37,805 bases of DNA from Candidatus Heimdallarchaeota archaeon (GCA_048881705.1 JBHLSH010000033.1:1-37805); one strand, 5' to 3'; positions 27,931-37,805 are shown, numbered from the stretch's first letter. The notes: a model not told the origin generated them from the sequence alone. Translations and numbers: made by a program.

Positions 27931-28803
27931 ATGAGTTCACAAAAGACATTAGATGTACGCAGGGTGTTGCGCGTGGTTCCCAGCACACCAACCCTTGAAG
28001 GCGCGGGAGTTCGTCTCAAACGTGCGTTCGCGGAGAAAACCTTGTTAGACCCGTTTCTTCTCCTTGATAACTTTCATTCCGATAATCCAGCTGATTATGT
28101 TGCTGGCTTTCCGAGTCATCCACATAGGGGCATAGAAACCGTCACATACATGCTCTACGGAGAAATAAAGCATGAAGACAGCTTGGGAAACGCGGGGGTC
28201 ATTCAACCGGGCGATGTCCAATGGATGACGGCTGGTTCGGGAATCATACATTCCGAAATGCCACTTCGCCAGAATGGCCTTTTATGGGGATTTCAACTCT
28301 GGTGCAATCTTCCTGCAGCTCAAAAGATGATGTCTCCACGATATCAGGACATTTTGGCTAATCAAATACCTCTGGTCACCTTAGAAAATCAAACAGAAGT
28401 TAAGGTTATCAGTGGACAAGTCAACGGTACGCGAGGCCCGGTTAAGGACATTGTTACTGATCCTGAATATCTTGATGTGGCGATTCCTCCCTTTGCGGAT
28501 TTCGATCATCAGGTAAAAAAGGGATACACCGTATTTGCATATGTAATAGAGGGATCAGGATATTTCGATGATCACCGTTCTGATCCTGTTAAGAAAGAAC
28601 ACCTGGTATTGTTCAGAGATGGAGATCACGTAACAGTTCGAACTGAGGGAGAAGGTGTAAGATTTCTCCTGATCTCAGGTAAACCAATTGGAGAACCGGT
28701 AGCCTGGTATGGCCCGATCGTAATGAACACTCAACAGGAACTTAATATAGCATTCGAAGAATATAGAAGGGGAACTTTCCTGAAACACGACCCCTCTAAT
28801 TGA
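27931..28803 (+). CDS. Pirin family protein (second, divergent paralogue)
   Basis: DPFLLLD, GFPSHPHRGIETVT, QWMTAGSGIIHSE, FQLWCNLP, GPIVMN. Confidence 0.95.
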   Translation: MSSQKTLDVRRVLRVVPSTPTLEGAGVRLKRAFAEKTLLDPFLLLDNFHSDNPADYVAGFPSHPHRGIETVTYMLYGEIKHEDSLGNAGVIQPGDVQWMTAGSGIIHSEMPLRQNGLLWGFQLWCNLPAAQKMMSPRYQDILANQIPLVTLENQTEVKVISGQVNGTRGPVKDIVTDPEYLDVAIPPFADFDHQVKKGYTVFAYVIEGSGYFDDHRSDPVKKEHLVLFRDGDHVTVRTEGEGVRFLLISGKPIGEPVAWYGPIVMNTQQELNIAFEEYRRGTFLKHDPSN

Positions 28804-28930
28804 TTCCAATCTTAAAACTCAAGCTAGTTATTTGGGTTCCAATGAACTCGGGATCTATCGGATAATTCATTGATGTCGACAGGAATCATTTCTGTAACAA
28901 AAGGTTGGATCCCGGAGATAAACTCCCATT

Positions 28931-31069
28931 TTAGGGACGAAATCCGAATGTTTCATGGATAATTTCCAGTAAATCCCTAGCGGTAAGGGGTAAGCCTGAT
29001 GGAAAGGTGAGCCCCTCGTACTGACTCCAAATCTCGAGTGCGGGTCCAATGGCGACATTGAATGCATCACCACCACTTCCACGCTGGTGGCTCCGATCTT
29101 TCAGACTCTGGCGAACTTTACGTTCAAACTCTGATTTAATTGTTGCAAAGGCTGTAATTGGACGTTTTGGCTTTTTCCGGCAAACTATGTGAAGGGAGGA
29201 AGCAAGAGCTACGGAAGTTTTTGCCCGTAGCCGAGCTTTCATTTCTGTTTGGATAGGCATTGCCGCTGTGACAACAAAGCCAGCTTCTGCTAAAGCATTC
29301 ATGAAGGCCTCCCATCCATCCGCTGACTTATGGGCATATACAATTACAGCGATGCCATCTTGCTGTAAAACCCGATACATTTCTCGAAAAGCTTTCGAGA
29401 GTTCGGATTCGAAGTATTGTCTTGGATTTGAATGTCGTTGTTTATTTGCTACAATTTCGGTGGTTTTGGGAGTCAAGGGGGTTCTGAAAAGATCGGGAAA
29501 TAGATCTCCCACGGCCCTCTTGAACCAAACATAGAAGAAATCTGAAAGATCTGAATAGGGTACATTGTCGTAATAGGGAGGATCTGTAATTATACAATCA
29601 AAAAAACCGTCTGGATAGGCCAATCTGGTCGCTGATTTACAAGTAATTGTTGTAGATCCCCTTGTGTCCCATGAATTCACGTTCAGGAAACGTAATACCC
29701 ATTTCGCGTGGGCCTCCCAATCTCCGTTACCGCCAGAAAAAACGTTTAACTCTGTATAATCCCATTTTATCGGAAGGGCGGTTCGACCAAAAACATGTTC
29801 GATCTTTTCTCCATATACGTTGTAAACGACTAGATTGGCATTTTTATCCACCAAGCGTCCCAGAATGAGTGATAAATATCCTAGGATAGCTTGAACCACT
29901 TTTTCGTTATCTTGAAGATGTGAACAATCTTCACGAATTTCAGGGATTGAACAACGAACCAGTCTAAGGAATGTTAGGTTGGCAAGCTGCTGACGGGCAT
30001 TAAACAAATCTTTCCATTGATTGAAACCATAAGCTTTGAGATTCACTCCTAACGAACCCTGGGGTGGAAGCGGTTCCTCGGGGAGCGGGGAAAATTCCCA
30101 ATGCAATTGAGAAAGAGCCAGATCTAGGTGTACCTTGGCCTGCTGCCAAATTTGAATATCTTCGGAAGTCGCTAATCGATAACGTTTTCCTTGGATCTGA
30201 GGATGCCTTAGAATAACCCCGATCATCCGTGCATCCATTTTCCCTTGGGCAGCGAGCTTACGGGTCGAGGGCGCTTTGGTAATTTTACCACAAATCAAAC
30301 ATCGCGCATCTCCCCTGTTGACCGTTCCTTGGGATGGATCGAAGTCAATTTTGTCATCATATTGAATCATGAAGGTTATCGAACTCATTTTATGGTTAAT
30401 TTGGGGTTTATAGGCGACTTTTTTCGCTTTTTTCTTCGCTAACCAGAAATGTTTAATCAACGGGATTTCTGATTCGCAGAATAAGCAGGGAATAGTTCGA
30501 GCCCAGAGATATCCACTCGGGATCCATCCGTCTGGATCAGGAGGATAAAACTCGCCGATTTCTAGATGGGCTTCCTCCTTAATTCGTTTTGCCCAATATT
30601 TAACACGATCTATAACAAATTGAGAATGAACGCGGGGCCACTCTAACGTTGCTTTCAGGATGAATGCAGCAACTGGATTTAGGTCATTTGCATACGTTTC
30701 ACAGCCTAGCCGTAATGCCTCGAGTGGGATTGACCCTCCCCCAGCGAAAGGATCAAGGATTTTCGGGGGTTTACTCCATTTTTCATTTAAAATGCTTCGA
30801 ACCAACTTGATTATTGGCCCATTTCCATCTTTAACGGAACTCCACGGCGCTAAATCCTTAATAACATTAATGAGTTCCATGCGATCCTTATCAGACTCGG
30901 GTAAATCAATCAGTGCAGCAAAAGTTGTGGTTCGTGAACTTGCTAGGGGGCGCCGAGCCCACCACAAATGCAGAGTGCTAGGGTGACCGTGCCTCACGCT
31001 TTTTTCTCGGGTGGCGGCCTTGGAGATTTCTTCTAAGGGGAGACCCCATTCAATAACGCGTGTGGCCAC
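28931..31069 (-). CDS. DUF1156-family adenine DNA methyltransferase with zinc ribbon
   Basis: REKSVRHGHPSTLHLWWARRPL (DUF1156), DPFAGGGSIPLE motif I, TDPPYYD motif IV, CLFC and CLIC pairs. Confidence 0.9.
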   Translation of the reverse strand: MATRVIEWGLPLEEISKAATREKSVRHGHPSTLHLWWARRPLASSRTTTFAALIDLPESDKDRMELINVIKDLAPWSSVKDGNGPIIKLVRSILNEKWSKPPKILDPFAGGGSIPLEALRLGCETYANDLNPVAAFILKATLEWPRVHSQFVIDRVKYWAKRIKEEAHLEIGEFYPPDPDGWIPSGYLWARTIPCLFCESEIPLIKHFWLAKKKAKKVAYKPQINHKMSSITFMIQYDDKIDFDPSQGTVNRGDARCLICGKITKAPSTRKLAAQGKMDARMIGVILRHPQIQGKRYRLATSEDIQIWQQAKVHLDLALSQLHWEFSPLPEEPLPPQGSLGVNLKAYGFNQWKDLFNARQQLANLTFLRLVRCSIPEIREDCSHLQDNEKVVQAILGYLSLILGRLVDKNANLVVYNVYGEKIEHVFGRTALPIKWDYTELNVFSGGNGDWEAHAKWVLRFLNVNSWDTRGSTTITCKSATRLAYPDGFFDCIITDPPYYDNVPYSDLSDFFYVWFKRAVGDLFPDLFRTPLTPKTTEIVANKQRHSNPRQYFESELSKAFREMYRVLQQDGIAVIVYAHKSADGWEAFMNALAEAGFVVTAAMPIQTEMKARLRAKTSVALASSLHIVCRKKPKRPITAFATIKSEFERKVRQSLKDRSHQRGSGGDAFNVAIGPALEIWSQYEGLTFPSGLPLTARDLLEIIHETFGFRP

Positions 31070-31122
31070 GAGTCCGCACTATCCCAAGAGGTAAAGATCA
31101 AACCTCTGTTATGGCATTCTTT

Positions 31123-31725
31123 TTATTGAACGGTCGCGACGTAAAAACGCTTCGTCGTTCCCAAGACCGCATTAGTCCGAATTAACAGGTTTTTGATTTC
31201 CTGTAGAAAAGCAGCCTGAAACGCTTTCAAGTCTTTCAATAGGGCACGGTGGTATATGATATTATATTGTTCTTGAACGGAACGCTCCCACCCGAGATCT
31301 CCTCGAATACTTGCGATCAATTGGGATGTAAGAGTCGGTCTTTCTATCCAACGAGTAACATATACGTAATCTGGCGCATAAATGAGAATTTGCGGAATCT
31401 TTTCCCCGCCGTTCATACGTTCACACAAAAAGGGGTAGTGATCCTTATTAAAATATCGAACACGGAGGCGAGGGTTGGATCGGACGAGTAACTCAAGGAT
31501 AGGAAGATACATCTTGCAATCAAAGCACCAAGGGGCACCCACTGCGATTATATTGAGTGAATATTCCAGATCCATAACAAACGATTCAGCTCCGAAGTTT
31601 TTTTGGCCCCGTTGGAAATTTAATTCGAACTTCATTCGTTGGTTTTCGGAAGCCTCTGCCAACATCTCTTCGAAATTTTGGCCGGAATTAAAAAAAGTCT
31701 CCGTTATTCTGTCCATCGTGGTCAC
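31123..31725 (-). CDS. Thioredoxin family protein (Thioredoxin_9-like)
   Basis: GAPWCFDC active site; GGEKIPQ cis-Pro loop. Confidence 0.85.
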   Translation of the reverse strand: MTTMDRITETFFNSGQNFEEMLAEASENQRMKFELNFQRGQKNFGAESFVMDLEYSLNIIAVGAPWCFDCKMYLPILELLVRSNPRLRVRYFNKDHYPFLCERMNGGEKIPQILIYAPDYVYVTRWIERPTLTSQLIASIRGDLGWERSVQEQYNIIYHRALLKDLKAFQAAFLQEIKNLLIRTNAVLGTTKRFYVATVQ

Positions 31726-31770
31726 GGCCCTACTTTATATGGAAAAAAAAGGAGAGGATTTAGACCCCAG

Positions 31771-32433
31771 CTATTTGAGGGCCTCTTTGACTTTCGCTAG
31801 AAGTGCCTGTTCTGGAACAGCACCTACAACCTCTACTACATCGTTGATGATGGTTTTCGGGACTCCGTGGACACCATACTGGTTTGAAAGATCTATGAAT
31901 TCAGTAGCTTCTATGCAGTCTGCGGTAATGTTTTCATTCACCATTGCAAACTTAATGGCCGCCAGAACAGCACGGGGACAATATGGACAAGTGGGGGTCA
32001 CGAACACCTGGATATGTACTGGTTGATCGATTTTTTCCAGTTCTTCAACTATCTGAGGATCTAGATCAAGGTGTCCATCTTTGCCAGCCAAGATGAGCGA
32101 CTCGATTAGTGATCCAAACTCATAGCCACTAGGAATTCCGTAGAAGTGGACTAAACCTTTAGCGAGCCCTTCAATGGCAATAGCAGGATGACGAGCGATC
32201 TTCCATTTTTTCGCATTCTCCGATTCAAGATCTTCGCATTCGCAGTGGTTTAGAGTAATTCTATCTGACTGTTCTGCGACCTGTTCAGCGAGAGCTAGGG
32301 TCTCATTACACAAAAGACAATGTTCTTTTGAGGTAAACATGTGAAGGGTAACGTCATGGCCGATATCTTCGAACATCTGCCGGACTTCGTTTAAAATTTT
32401 ATCTTCAATTCTGATTTTTACGTCGGTTGCCAT
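31771..32433 (-). CDS. Archaeal protein-disulfide oxidoreductase (PDO, two thioredoxin folds)
   Basis: CLLC and CPYC motifs, FYGIPSGYEFGSLI, YGVHGVPKTIIN. Confidence 0.93.
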   Translation of the reverse strand: MATDVKIRIEDKILNEVRQMFEDIGHDVTLHMFTSKEHCLLCNETLALAEQVAEQSDRITLNHCECEDLESENAKKWKIARHPAIAIEGLAKGLVHFYGIPSGYEFGSLIESLILAGKDGHLDLDPQIVEELEKIDQPVHIQVFVTPTCPYCPRAVLAAIKFAMVNENITADCIEATEFIDLSNQYGVHGVPKTIINDVVEVVGAVPEQALLAKVKEALK

Positions 32434-32551
32434 TTTTTACACCTATTAGTATTTGAATTAAATTTTATTCCAGAATTTATAAATATTGTTTTTCTTGAAT
32501 ATTATCGTAGCACTTATATACGGTTTGTCCTATATTGCAGATGAGAATAAT

Positions 32552-32887
32552 ATGAACTCTAAATTAGGTTCTGAGTTTTCCACTGAGGATGAAAGAGCGT
32601 TAGAGCTTACAGCAAGATTATGCCAATCGTTAACACATCCTTTTCGATTAAAACTCATTCATATATTGGAAAATGGACCTAAAAACGTTAGTCAAATAGA
32701 AACCGAGACAAATCGTCCCCAACCGTTTATATCCCAACATTTACGCGTCTTGCGTGAAAAGGGAATTGTAGATTGTGAGCGGAATAAGAACGAAGTGCAT
32801 TATAAATTAATAAATCGGAGGATCCTTGAAATCTGTAGAATGGTGGCTGAACTTGCGATGGCAAAAGAAACTCCGTCCGATGGATAG
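32552..32887 (+). CDS. ArsR family HTH regulator, non-alpha3N type, three Cys
   Basis: LTHPFRLKLI, ISQHLRVLREKGIV, VHYKL. Start set at MNSKLG (track start 32486 TTG). Confidence 0.88.
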   Translation: MNSKLGSEFSTEDERALELTARLCQSLTHPFRLKLIHILENGPKNVSQIETETNRPQPFISQHLRVLREKGIVDCERNKNEVHYKLINRRILEICRMVAELAMAKETPSDG

Positions 32888-33154
32888 GATTCTACCTTAA
32901 TCTTGTGTTGACTATTATTCTATCATTAATTCTTATAGCGAAAACGGGAGATCTTCATTTTGGTTTCCGATCTGAAATGCAGGAATGATAAGTATAGACG
33001 CTCTTTTCCTAAAACTTTCTTTAAAATCCTGAAAATTCCTTCCCAGAATGGAATCTGTCTCTCTTTCTAACCCTTTTTTACTCTTCGTCAAATAACATAA
33101 TAATTCGGTGTCTATTTTTGCCAAATCAAGCGCAAAAACAAGAGCCAGGCGAGT

Positions 33155-34375
33155 ATGAACAAAATAAATGTCTTGATATATTTGGGAACGGCTTTACTCG
33201 CTTTCGGTGAAAGTTTTTCACGGGGGAATTTCCCATCATATGTTACAGTTCTCGGAGGGAGCTTGATAGATTACGGATTTATCCAATCGGCCCGTGTTGT
33301 CTCAAATTTGATTTTTCTCCTTCCTGCGGCGTATTTAGCAGATAAATTAGGACACAAACGTTTGTTGGTAATTGGTACTCTTTTTTATGTCGGATCATAT
33401 ATCTTCATTGCTTTTGCTCCATCATGGGAATATCTTTTATTTGGTATCGTGGGTGTTGGACTGGCTAATGGCGCAGTGATGCCTAGTCGGGTAGCCATTT
33501 TAGCTCATAACAACCAGATAGATAAAATCCAGGTTTTCACGCGAAATGAGACTGCAAGGTGGGGATCGCTATCCTTGGGATATTTTGTATCTGCTGGTTT
33601 CTTTGCCTTGGCACAAAACGAATTTTCTCATGCCAATCTTCAATTCACGATGTTTGCAACACTTGCAAGCATATTTCTGTCGTTATTTCCCTCGCTATTC
33701 CTGACCAGCGATGAAGAAAGACAAAACAATAGGGAACAAGCTGAGTCAGCAGAAAGCACGGTGAATTTCAGGTCTATTTGGGTCACACCTCAAGGGAAAT
33801 TTATTCTGGGATTTCTCCTTATCAATTTGATAATAGGATTCGGTGCCGGTTTTCTTGTTCCCTTCACCCAACCTTACTTTGTCCAGCGATTCTCCCTTGG
33901 TCCGTCAGAAGTTAATATACTGAATGGCATTGCTCAAATAATTACTACGATTTTTATGACTGGGATACCGGTACTGGCAGCCCGCTTAAGTGATACAAAA
34001 GTAATCTATATTACACAAGGGCTTTCGATTCCTTTAACCATTGTTCTAGCGCTTAGTAATATTTTTCCAATATCTCTGTTTGCTTTCTTCTTTAGAATGG
34101 CGTTAATGAATATGAGTAGGCCAGCACAAATCGCATTGTTACAGGAAAACATTCCTGAAGCCTATAGGGCAACGGTTCAGTCTTTAATGCAAGCTGGTGA
34201 CCGTATTGGTCGAGGAGGAAGCCCCTCATTAAGTGCCATGTTAATTACTGAAACAGGAGATTTTACATCATCTTTTTTCATAACGGCTGGGACCTATTCC
34301 ACCGCGGTAACCACTCTTTACCTTATTACTCGTAATTTAATCAGAAATCCAAATACTTTGAATCATACAAAATAA
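33155..34375 (+). CDS. Major facilitator superfamily transporter
   Basis: Motif A (AYLADKLGHKRLL), about twelve TM helices, second-half LAARLSDTKVI. Confidence 0.9.
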   Translation: MNKINVLIYLGTALLAFGESFSRGNFPSYVTVLGGSLIDYGFIQSARVVSNLIFLLPAAYLADKLGHKRLLVIGTLFYVGSYIFIAFAPSWEYLLFGIVGVGLANGAVMPSRVAILAHNNQIDKIQVFTRNETARWGSLSLGYFVSAGFFALAQNEFSHANLQFTMFATLASIFLSLFPSLFLTSDEERQNNREQAESAESTVNFRSIWVTPQGKFILGFLLINLIIGFGAGFLVPFTQPYFVQRFSLGPSEVNILNGIAQIITTIFMTGIPVLAARLSDTKVIYITQGLSIPLTIVLALSNIFPISLFAFFFRMALMNMSRPAQIALLQENIPEAYRATVQSLMQAGDRIGRGGSPSLSAMLITETGDFTSSFFITAGTYSTAVTTLYLITRNLIRNPNTLNHTK

Positions 34376-34409
34376 ATTTCAGGTTCTAGGAACCGAATAT
34401 TTTCACGAG

Positions 34410-35846
34410 TTGACAGAGTTGGGTATTACAAACGATATGAATGCAAAAGACTTGGCGGACTTTGGAGTTGAGTACGCACAAGAAAATGGTGCAGAATATG
34501 CCGAGGCCCGATTAATTGACGGCCAAAGAGTGATGCTATTTTTACGTAATGGAAACGTCATGTCGGGAACTGAACTACCTTGGCAAGGTATGGGAATACG
34601 CGTACTCATGAATGGTGGTCTCGGTTTTGTTTCAGTGGATGAAATGACTCGTAAAACTGTGAAAAAGGCCATTCAGGCCGGCCTAAAACTTGCGAAAGGT
34701 TCCAATCCTGATGAAAAAATCAATCTTGGAGAACCGATCTCGAACAAGGCTTCATGGAGTGTTCCGGTTAAAAAGAAATTAGCTGATCAAGATACGGAAG
34801 TAGTGATAGGTCTTCTCCAAGATATGGATAAAATTGCAGAGGCAAATGGAATCGCTACTAGGGTAACGATGTACGAAGCACATGACTATTCCAAATATGT
34901 AACGACATCTGAGGGTACTCAGATCGATGCTGATCTGTCTTTACTTAAATATCATGGATTATTGACAGCTAAAGGGTTATTGGATTCAGAACAAAGATTT
35001 ATTGATCTTACTCGGTCAACAGGATGGGAAGGATCACATACATGGCTTGAAGAGTTTGAAAATGAATGTAAACAGATTAAAAAAGTTGCTGAGCAATCAG
35101 ATTACTCTTTAAAAGGTGCTGTAGACTTCGTAGTAGGACCGGAAGTTGTTGGAATTATATGTCATGAAAATTGCGGGCATCCGAGCGAGGGAGATCGAAT
35201 TATGGGCCGAGAAGGGGCCCAAGCAGGAGAATCGTTTTGGCGAGACTTGAAACTTGGAGAATCGAGAGTGGGATCGGAACATGTGACCATAGCCGAGGAT
35301 CCAACTCTTCAAGGAACCGCTGGTTTTTATTTGTATGATGACGAGGGGGTGAAAGCGCGCGAGAGACTCCTGGTAAGGAATGGAGTCATCAATGAACCAT
35401 TATTAAATCGAGAATACGGAGCAAAATTCGGCATCGGTTCCAATGGTGCTTCTCGGTCTTCCGATTTCAATCGAGAACCCATAATTAGAATGGCAAATAC
35501 TTACATGAAATCTGGCGATTATTCGTTTGATGAACTAGTGGAAGATGTAAAACACGGTATCTATATGCTTTCATTCACAGAATGGAACATAGACGACCGT
35601 CGATACCAGAGTAAATATGTAGGATTCGAATGTTATTTGATTCAGAATGGAGAGATCACAGAAACCATGGTTCGGAGACCAACGATGGAATTAACCAGCA
35701 TTGGTTTATTTTCATCAATCGACGCTGTAGGAAATGAACTCGCGCTCAATTTTCCTGCAACTTGTGGAAAAAGTGACCCTGGACAGGGAGCACCGGTAAA
35801 TGCAGGAGGAGCAAGTATTCGGATGCGGGACATCCGTCTCGGATAA
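34410..35846 (+). CDS. tldD: TldD metalloprotease subunit
   Basis: HENCGHPSEGD (HExxGH), YDDEG, RMANTY, CGK. Alternative ATG at 34437. Confidence 0.92.
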   Translation: MTELGITNDMNAKDLADFGVEYAQENGAEYAEARLIDGQRVMLFLRNGNVMSGTELPWQGMGIRVLMNGGLGFVSVDEMTRKTVKKAIQAGLKLAKGSNPDEKINLGEPISNKASWSVPVKKKLADQDTEVVIGLLQDMDKIAEANGIATRVTMYEAHDYSKYVTTSEGTQIDADLSLLKYHGLLTAKGLLDSEQRFIDLTRSTGWEGSHTWLEEFENECKQIKKVAEQSDYSLKGAVDFVVGPEVVGIICHENCGHPSEGDRIMGREGAQAGESFWRDLKLGESRVGSEHVTIAEDPTLQGTAGFYLYDDEGVKARERLLVRNGVINEPLLNREYGAKFGIGSNGASRSSDFNREPIIRMANTYMKSGDYSFDELVEDVKHGIYMLSFTEWNIDDRRYQSKYVGFECYLIQNGEITETMVRRPTMELTSIGLFSSIDAVGNELALNFPATCGKSDPGQGAPVNAGGASIRMRDIRLG

Positions 35847-35858
35847 GTGGTGATTCTA

Positions 35859-37244
35859 ATGAGTGAAGTCCTCCAGTCATTTGTTGATCATACCAATCAA
35901 ATCGCGCAAAAAATGGACATTGATGCGTTTATTATCCGTGGCCTTGCGGAAATTAAGAACCAGATCCGTTTCTCCCAAAACAAAATCGATATCAATAAAC
36001 AGTGGAATTCAAACCTTCTCCAGATCTTATTAGTAGTCGATGAAGACCGGGTAACGATCGGAGAGTTTTCTATTGGTCCATCGGAAGAAATGGTTAAAGA
36101 TCGTCTAACTTCAATGGTCAAGTTTGCAAAGCAAATGCCGCCGAGTCCTTTTTACAAAGGAATAACGGACAAAACCACCTCCTATCCTCCACTTGATGGA
36201 CAGATGGATCCGAAAATTGATGATTACCCAAACAAAGCTCCTCAAGATGTGAACGCGTGTATAGATCGGGCCCTAGAAGCAGGAGCAAAAAGAGTCGCTG
36301 GTTCCTATTTCTTTGGAAAAAAAACACTATATTTTTACAGTTCTGCTGGACCAACAGGTTCATTTAGTGACACATTTTACAATATGACGATCCGAGCATT
36401 TCAAGAAGAGCTGGATGCTTCCGGACAAGGGTTAGTTTGTGGTGTTAATCCTTCTAAAGCCGAAGAAGAACTCCTGGCAGCGGGGGAAAAAGCAGGAAAC
36501 TTCTCAAGAATGCACCGAGGAGGCGTTCAAGCTCCTCACGGAAAATTTGATATCATAATGTCACCAGCTGTGGCGGCAAATGTTCTTGGGATCATTCCAA
36601 GAGGGGCAAGTCCCCTTGCAGTAATGATGGGAGTTAGCCCTTTGGGCGATAAGATGGGAGAGAAGTTGGCTCCAGAATTCGTGTCAATTTCGGACAATGG
36701 GTTACAGCCAGATGGATTAGCAACCGCACCTTTCGATGTCGAAGGGTTCCCCCGTCAGAATACCCCTATCTTCAAAAATGGAGTTCTAGTCAGTTTTATT
36801 CATAACACATCTACGGCCGAAATGTTTCAAACGCAATCAACAGGGAATAGTAACTTTGTGGACTTTTTTGGTCGAGCTAAAACCTTTGCACCTTCTCCCA
36901 CAAATACGGTATTTAATATCGGAGATCATTCGTTCGAGGAATTACTAGAGAATGGTTCTCGACCAACCCTTCATGTAACCTGTAACTGGTACACACGCTT
37001 TACTAGCAGAATCTCAACCGAATACAGCACCATCCCTCGGGATGCTGCATTTCTTGTAGAAAATGGTGAACTCAGCACTCCCGTAAAGAATTTCAGGATC
37101 AGTGACAAAATCCTGCATCATTTTGAGAATATTGATGCAATGGGAAATGACCGTGTGCAGGTGAACTGGTGGGAGGTTTCCGTTCCGACTTGGATTCCGA
37201 CCATTCGTGTAAGAGATTGTCGGGTGACTACGGCCACACAATGA
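35859..37244 (+). CDS. pmbA: PmbA/TldE protease partner subunit
   Basis: Follows tldD; FDVEG, NFRISD, no HExxH; GGTGA SD before ATG 35859 (track start 35847). Confidence 0.9.
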   Translation: MSEVLQSFVDHTNQIAQKMDIDAFIIRGLAEIKNQIRFSQNKIDINKQWNSNLLQILLVVDEDRVTIGEFSIGPSEEMVKDRLTSMVKFAKQMPPSPFYKGITDKTTSYPPLDGQMDPKIDDYPNKAPQDVNACIDRALEAGAKRVAGSYFFGKKTLYFYSSAGPTGSFSDTFYNMTIRAFQEELDASGQGLVCGVNPSKAEEELLAAGEKAGNFSRMHRGGVQAPHGKFDIIMSPAVAANVLGIIPRGASPLAVMMGVSPLGDKMGEKLAPEFVSISDNGLQPDGLATAPFDVEGFPRQNTPIFKNGVLVSFIHNTSTAEMFQTQSTGNSNFVDFFGRAKTFAPSPTNTVFNIGDHSFEELLENGSRPTLHVTCNWYTRFTSRISTEYSTIPRDAAFLVENGELSTPVKNFRISDKILHHFENIDAMGNDRVQVNWWEVSVPTWIPTIRVRDCRVTTATQ

Positions 37245-37297
37245 TTTCTCTGAAAGCTTCCAGCTTGGTCTATTTCTCCCACATTTGAGATGGATGT

Positions 37298-37365
37298 ATG
37301 GTTGCAGGGAATGGATTACTCATTTCTAGCTTGTGGCAGGTCATAATCCCACTATATGCAACCAT
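37298..37365. other. Two-tier stem-loop in the pmbA-ABC intergenic region
   Basis: ATGGTTGCA/TGCAACCAT outer stem and GGATTA/TAATCC inner stem. Confidence 0.4.
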
Positions 37366-37488
37366 GGATGCAGTTCATGTTTTTGATGTTTTTTACTTTT
37401 TACATGTATTAATAAAAAAATGTTCACGCATGCAAACAATCTTATATCAGAACCAATGCTATACTCTCAGCACCCGAGGTGAGATATC

Positions 37489-37805
37489 ATGGCTACTAGA
37501 AATGGGAATGTAATCCAACTTCAAAATTTAACGAAGTTTTATGGTGATATTCGAGGTATCGAGGATTTGAGCCTGAATATCAAAAGAGGTTCAATATTTG
37601 GATTTTTGGGTCCAAATGGCGCAGGAAAAACTACCACCATAAGGTGTTTGCTCGGGATCATCAACATATCAAGAGGAAATGTCAGGATCTTTGATCAAGA
37701 GATTCTAGATTGGGATTCGAATTATCCTTTGAAAGAAAGAATCGGATACTTACCTGGCGATTTTGATCTGTATCGACATTTTTCCGTTAGAGAAATGCTG
37801 GATTA
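37489..37805 (+). CDS. ABC transporter ATP-binding protein, N-terminal part (3' truncated; absent from track)
   Basis: Hand translation: MATRNGNVIQLQNLTKFYG...GFLGPNGAGKTTTIR...IGYLPGDF. Walker A present; GAGGTGA SD upstream. Confidence 0.93.
   Translation, partial: MATRNGNVIQLQNLTKFYGDIRGIEDLSLNIKRGSIFGFLGPNGAGKTTTIRCLLGIINISRGNVRIFDQEILDWDSNYPLKERIGYLPGDFDLYRHFSVREMLD

Noticed and set aside
32933-33124. 63-aa minus-strand ORF between ArsR and MFS
   Set aside because: TTG start, no SD and no family, with an upstream frame running into the MFS gene; may be a remnant but cannot be supported.
503-37241. Many short track ORFs antisense to or nested in confident genes (e.g. 503..712, 1198..1479, 8599..8817, 15341..15685, 16082..16486, 27317..27622, 31475..32026, 34403..34672)
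   Set aside because: Shadow frames of well-supported genes with no recognisable motifs.
37245-37488. SECIS or selenoprotein readthrough
   Set aside because: The hairpin lacks a recognisable SECIS core, and no nearby gene has an in-frame TGA at a Cys position.

Overview
Archaeal chromosomal segment, most consistent with an Asgard archaeon of the Heimdall/Hodarchaeales type. This is an inference from a Rab-like small GTPase, a surface protein ending in xGFE-TM-basic tail, archaeal PDO and RHH proteins, and TATA/GGTGA signals. I found no rRNA, tRNA, CRISPR array, integrase or transposase. Contents in order: end of an ABC-2 permease, pirin, SDR, a decayed zinc-ribbon membrane gene, a frameshifted CPBP protease, tandem GNAT, SBBP beta-propeller surface protein, two RHH regulators around dppA and a PC4-like/winged-helix protein, and a Rab-like GTPase. 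Next comes a metal-handling island (12.4-18.3 kb): M50-like membrane protein, Cys-rich SAM methyltransferase, ArsR/SmtB with operator, P1B-2 ATPase, FTR1, and a 59-aa Cys/His protein missed by the ORF track. It is followed by HAD, DUF1624, a GAF-PAS-PAS kinase with a degenerate ATP site, gdhA divergent from a REC-REC-PPDK-like protein, a 43-aa ORF missed by the track, a second pirin, an orphan DUF1156 methylase, Trx/PDO/ArsR, MFS, tldD-pmbA and the start of an ABC ATPase. The best candidates for undescribed systems are the FTR1-linked mini metalloprotein and metal island, the PC4-wH protein, and the gdhA-linked receiver/dikinase-like protein. All family calls come from motif recognition by eye, not from database searches.
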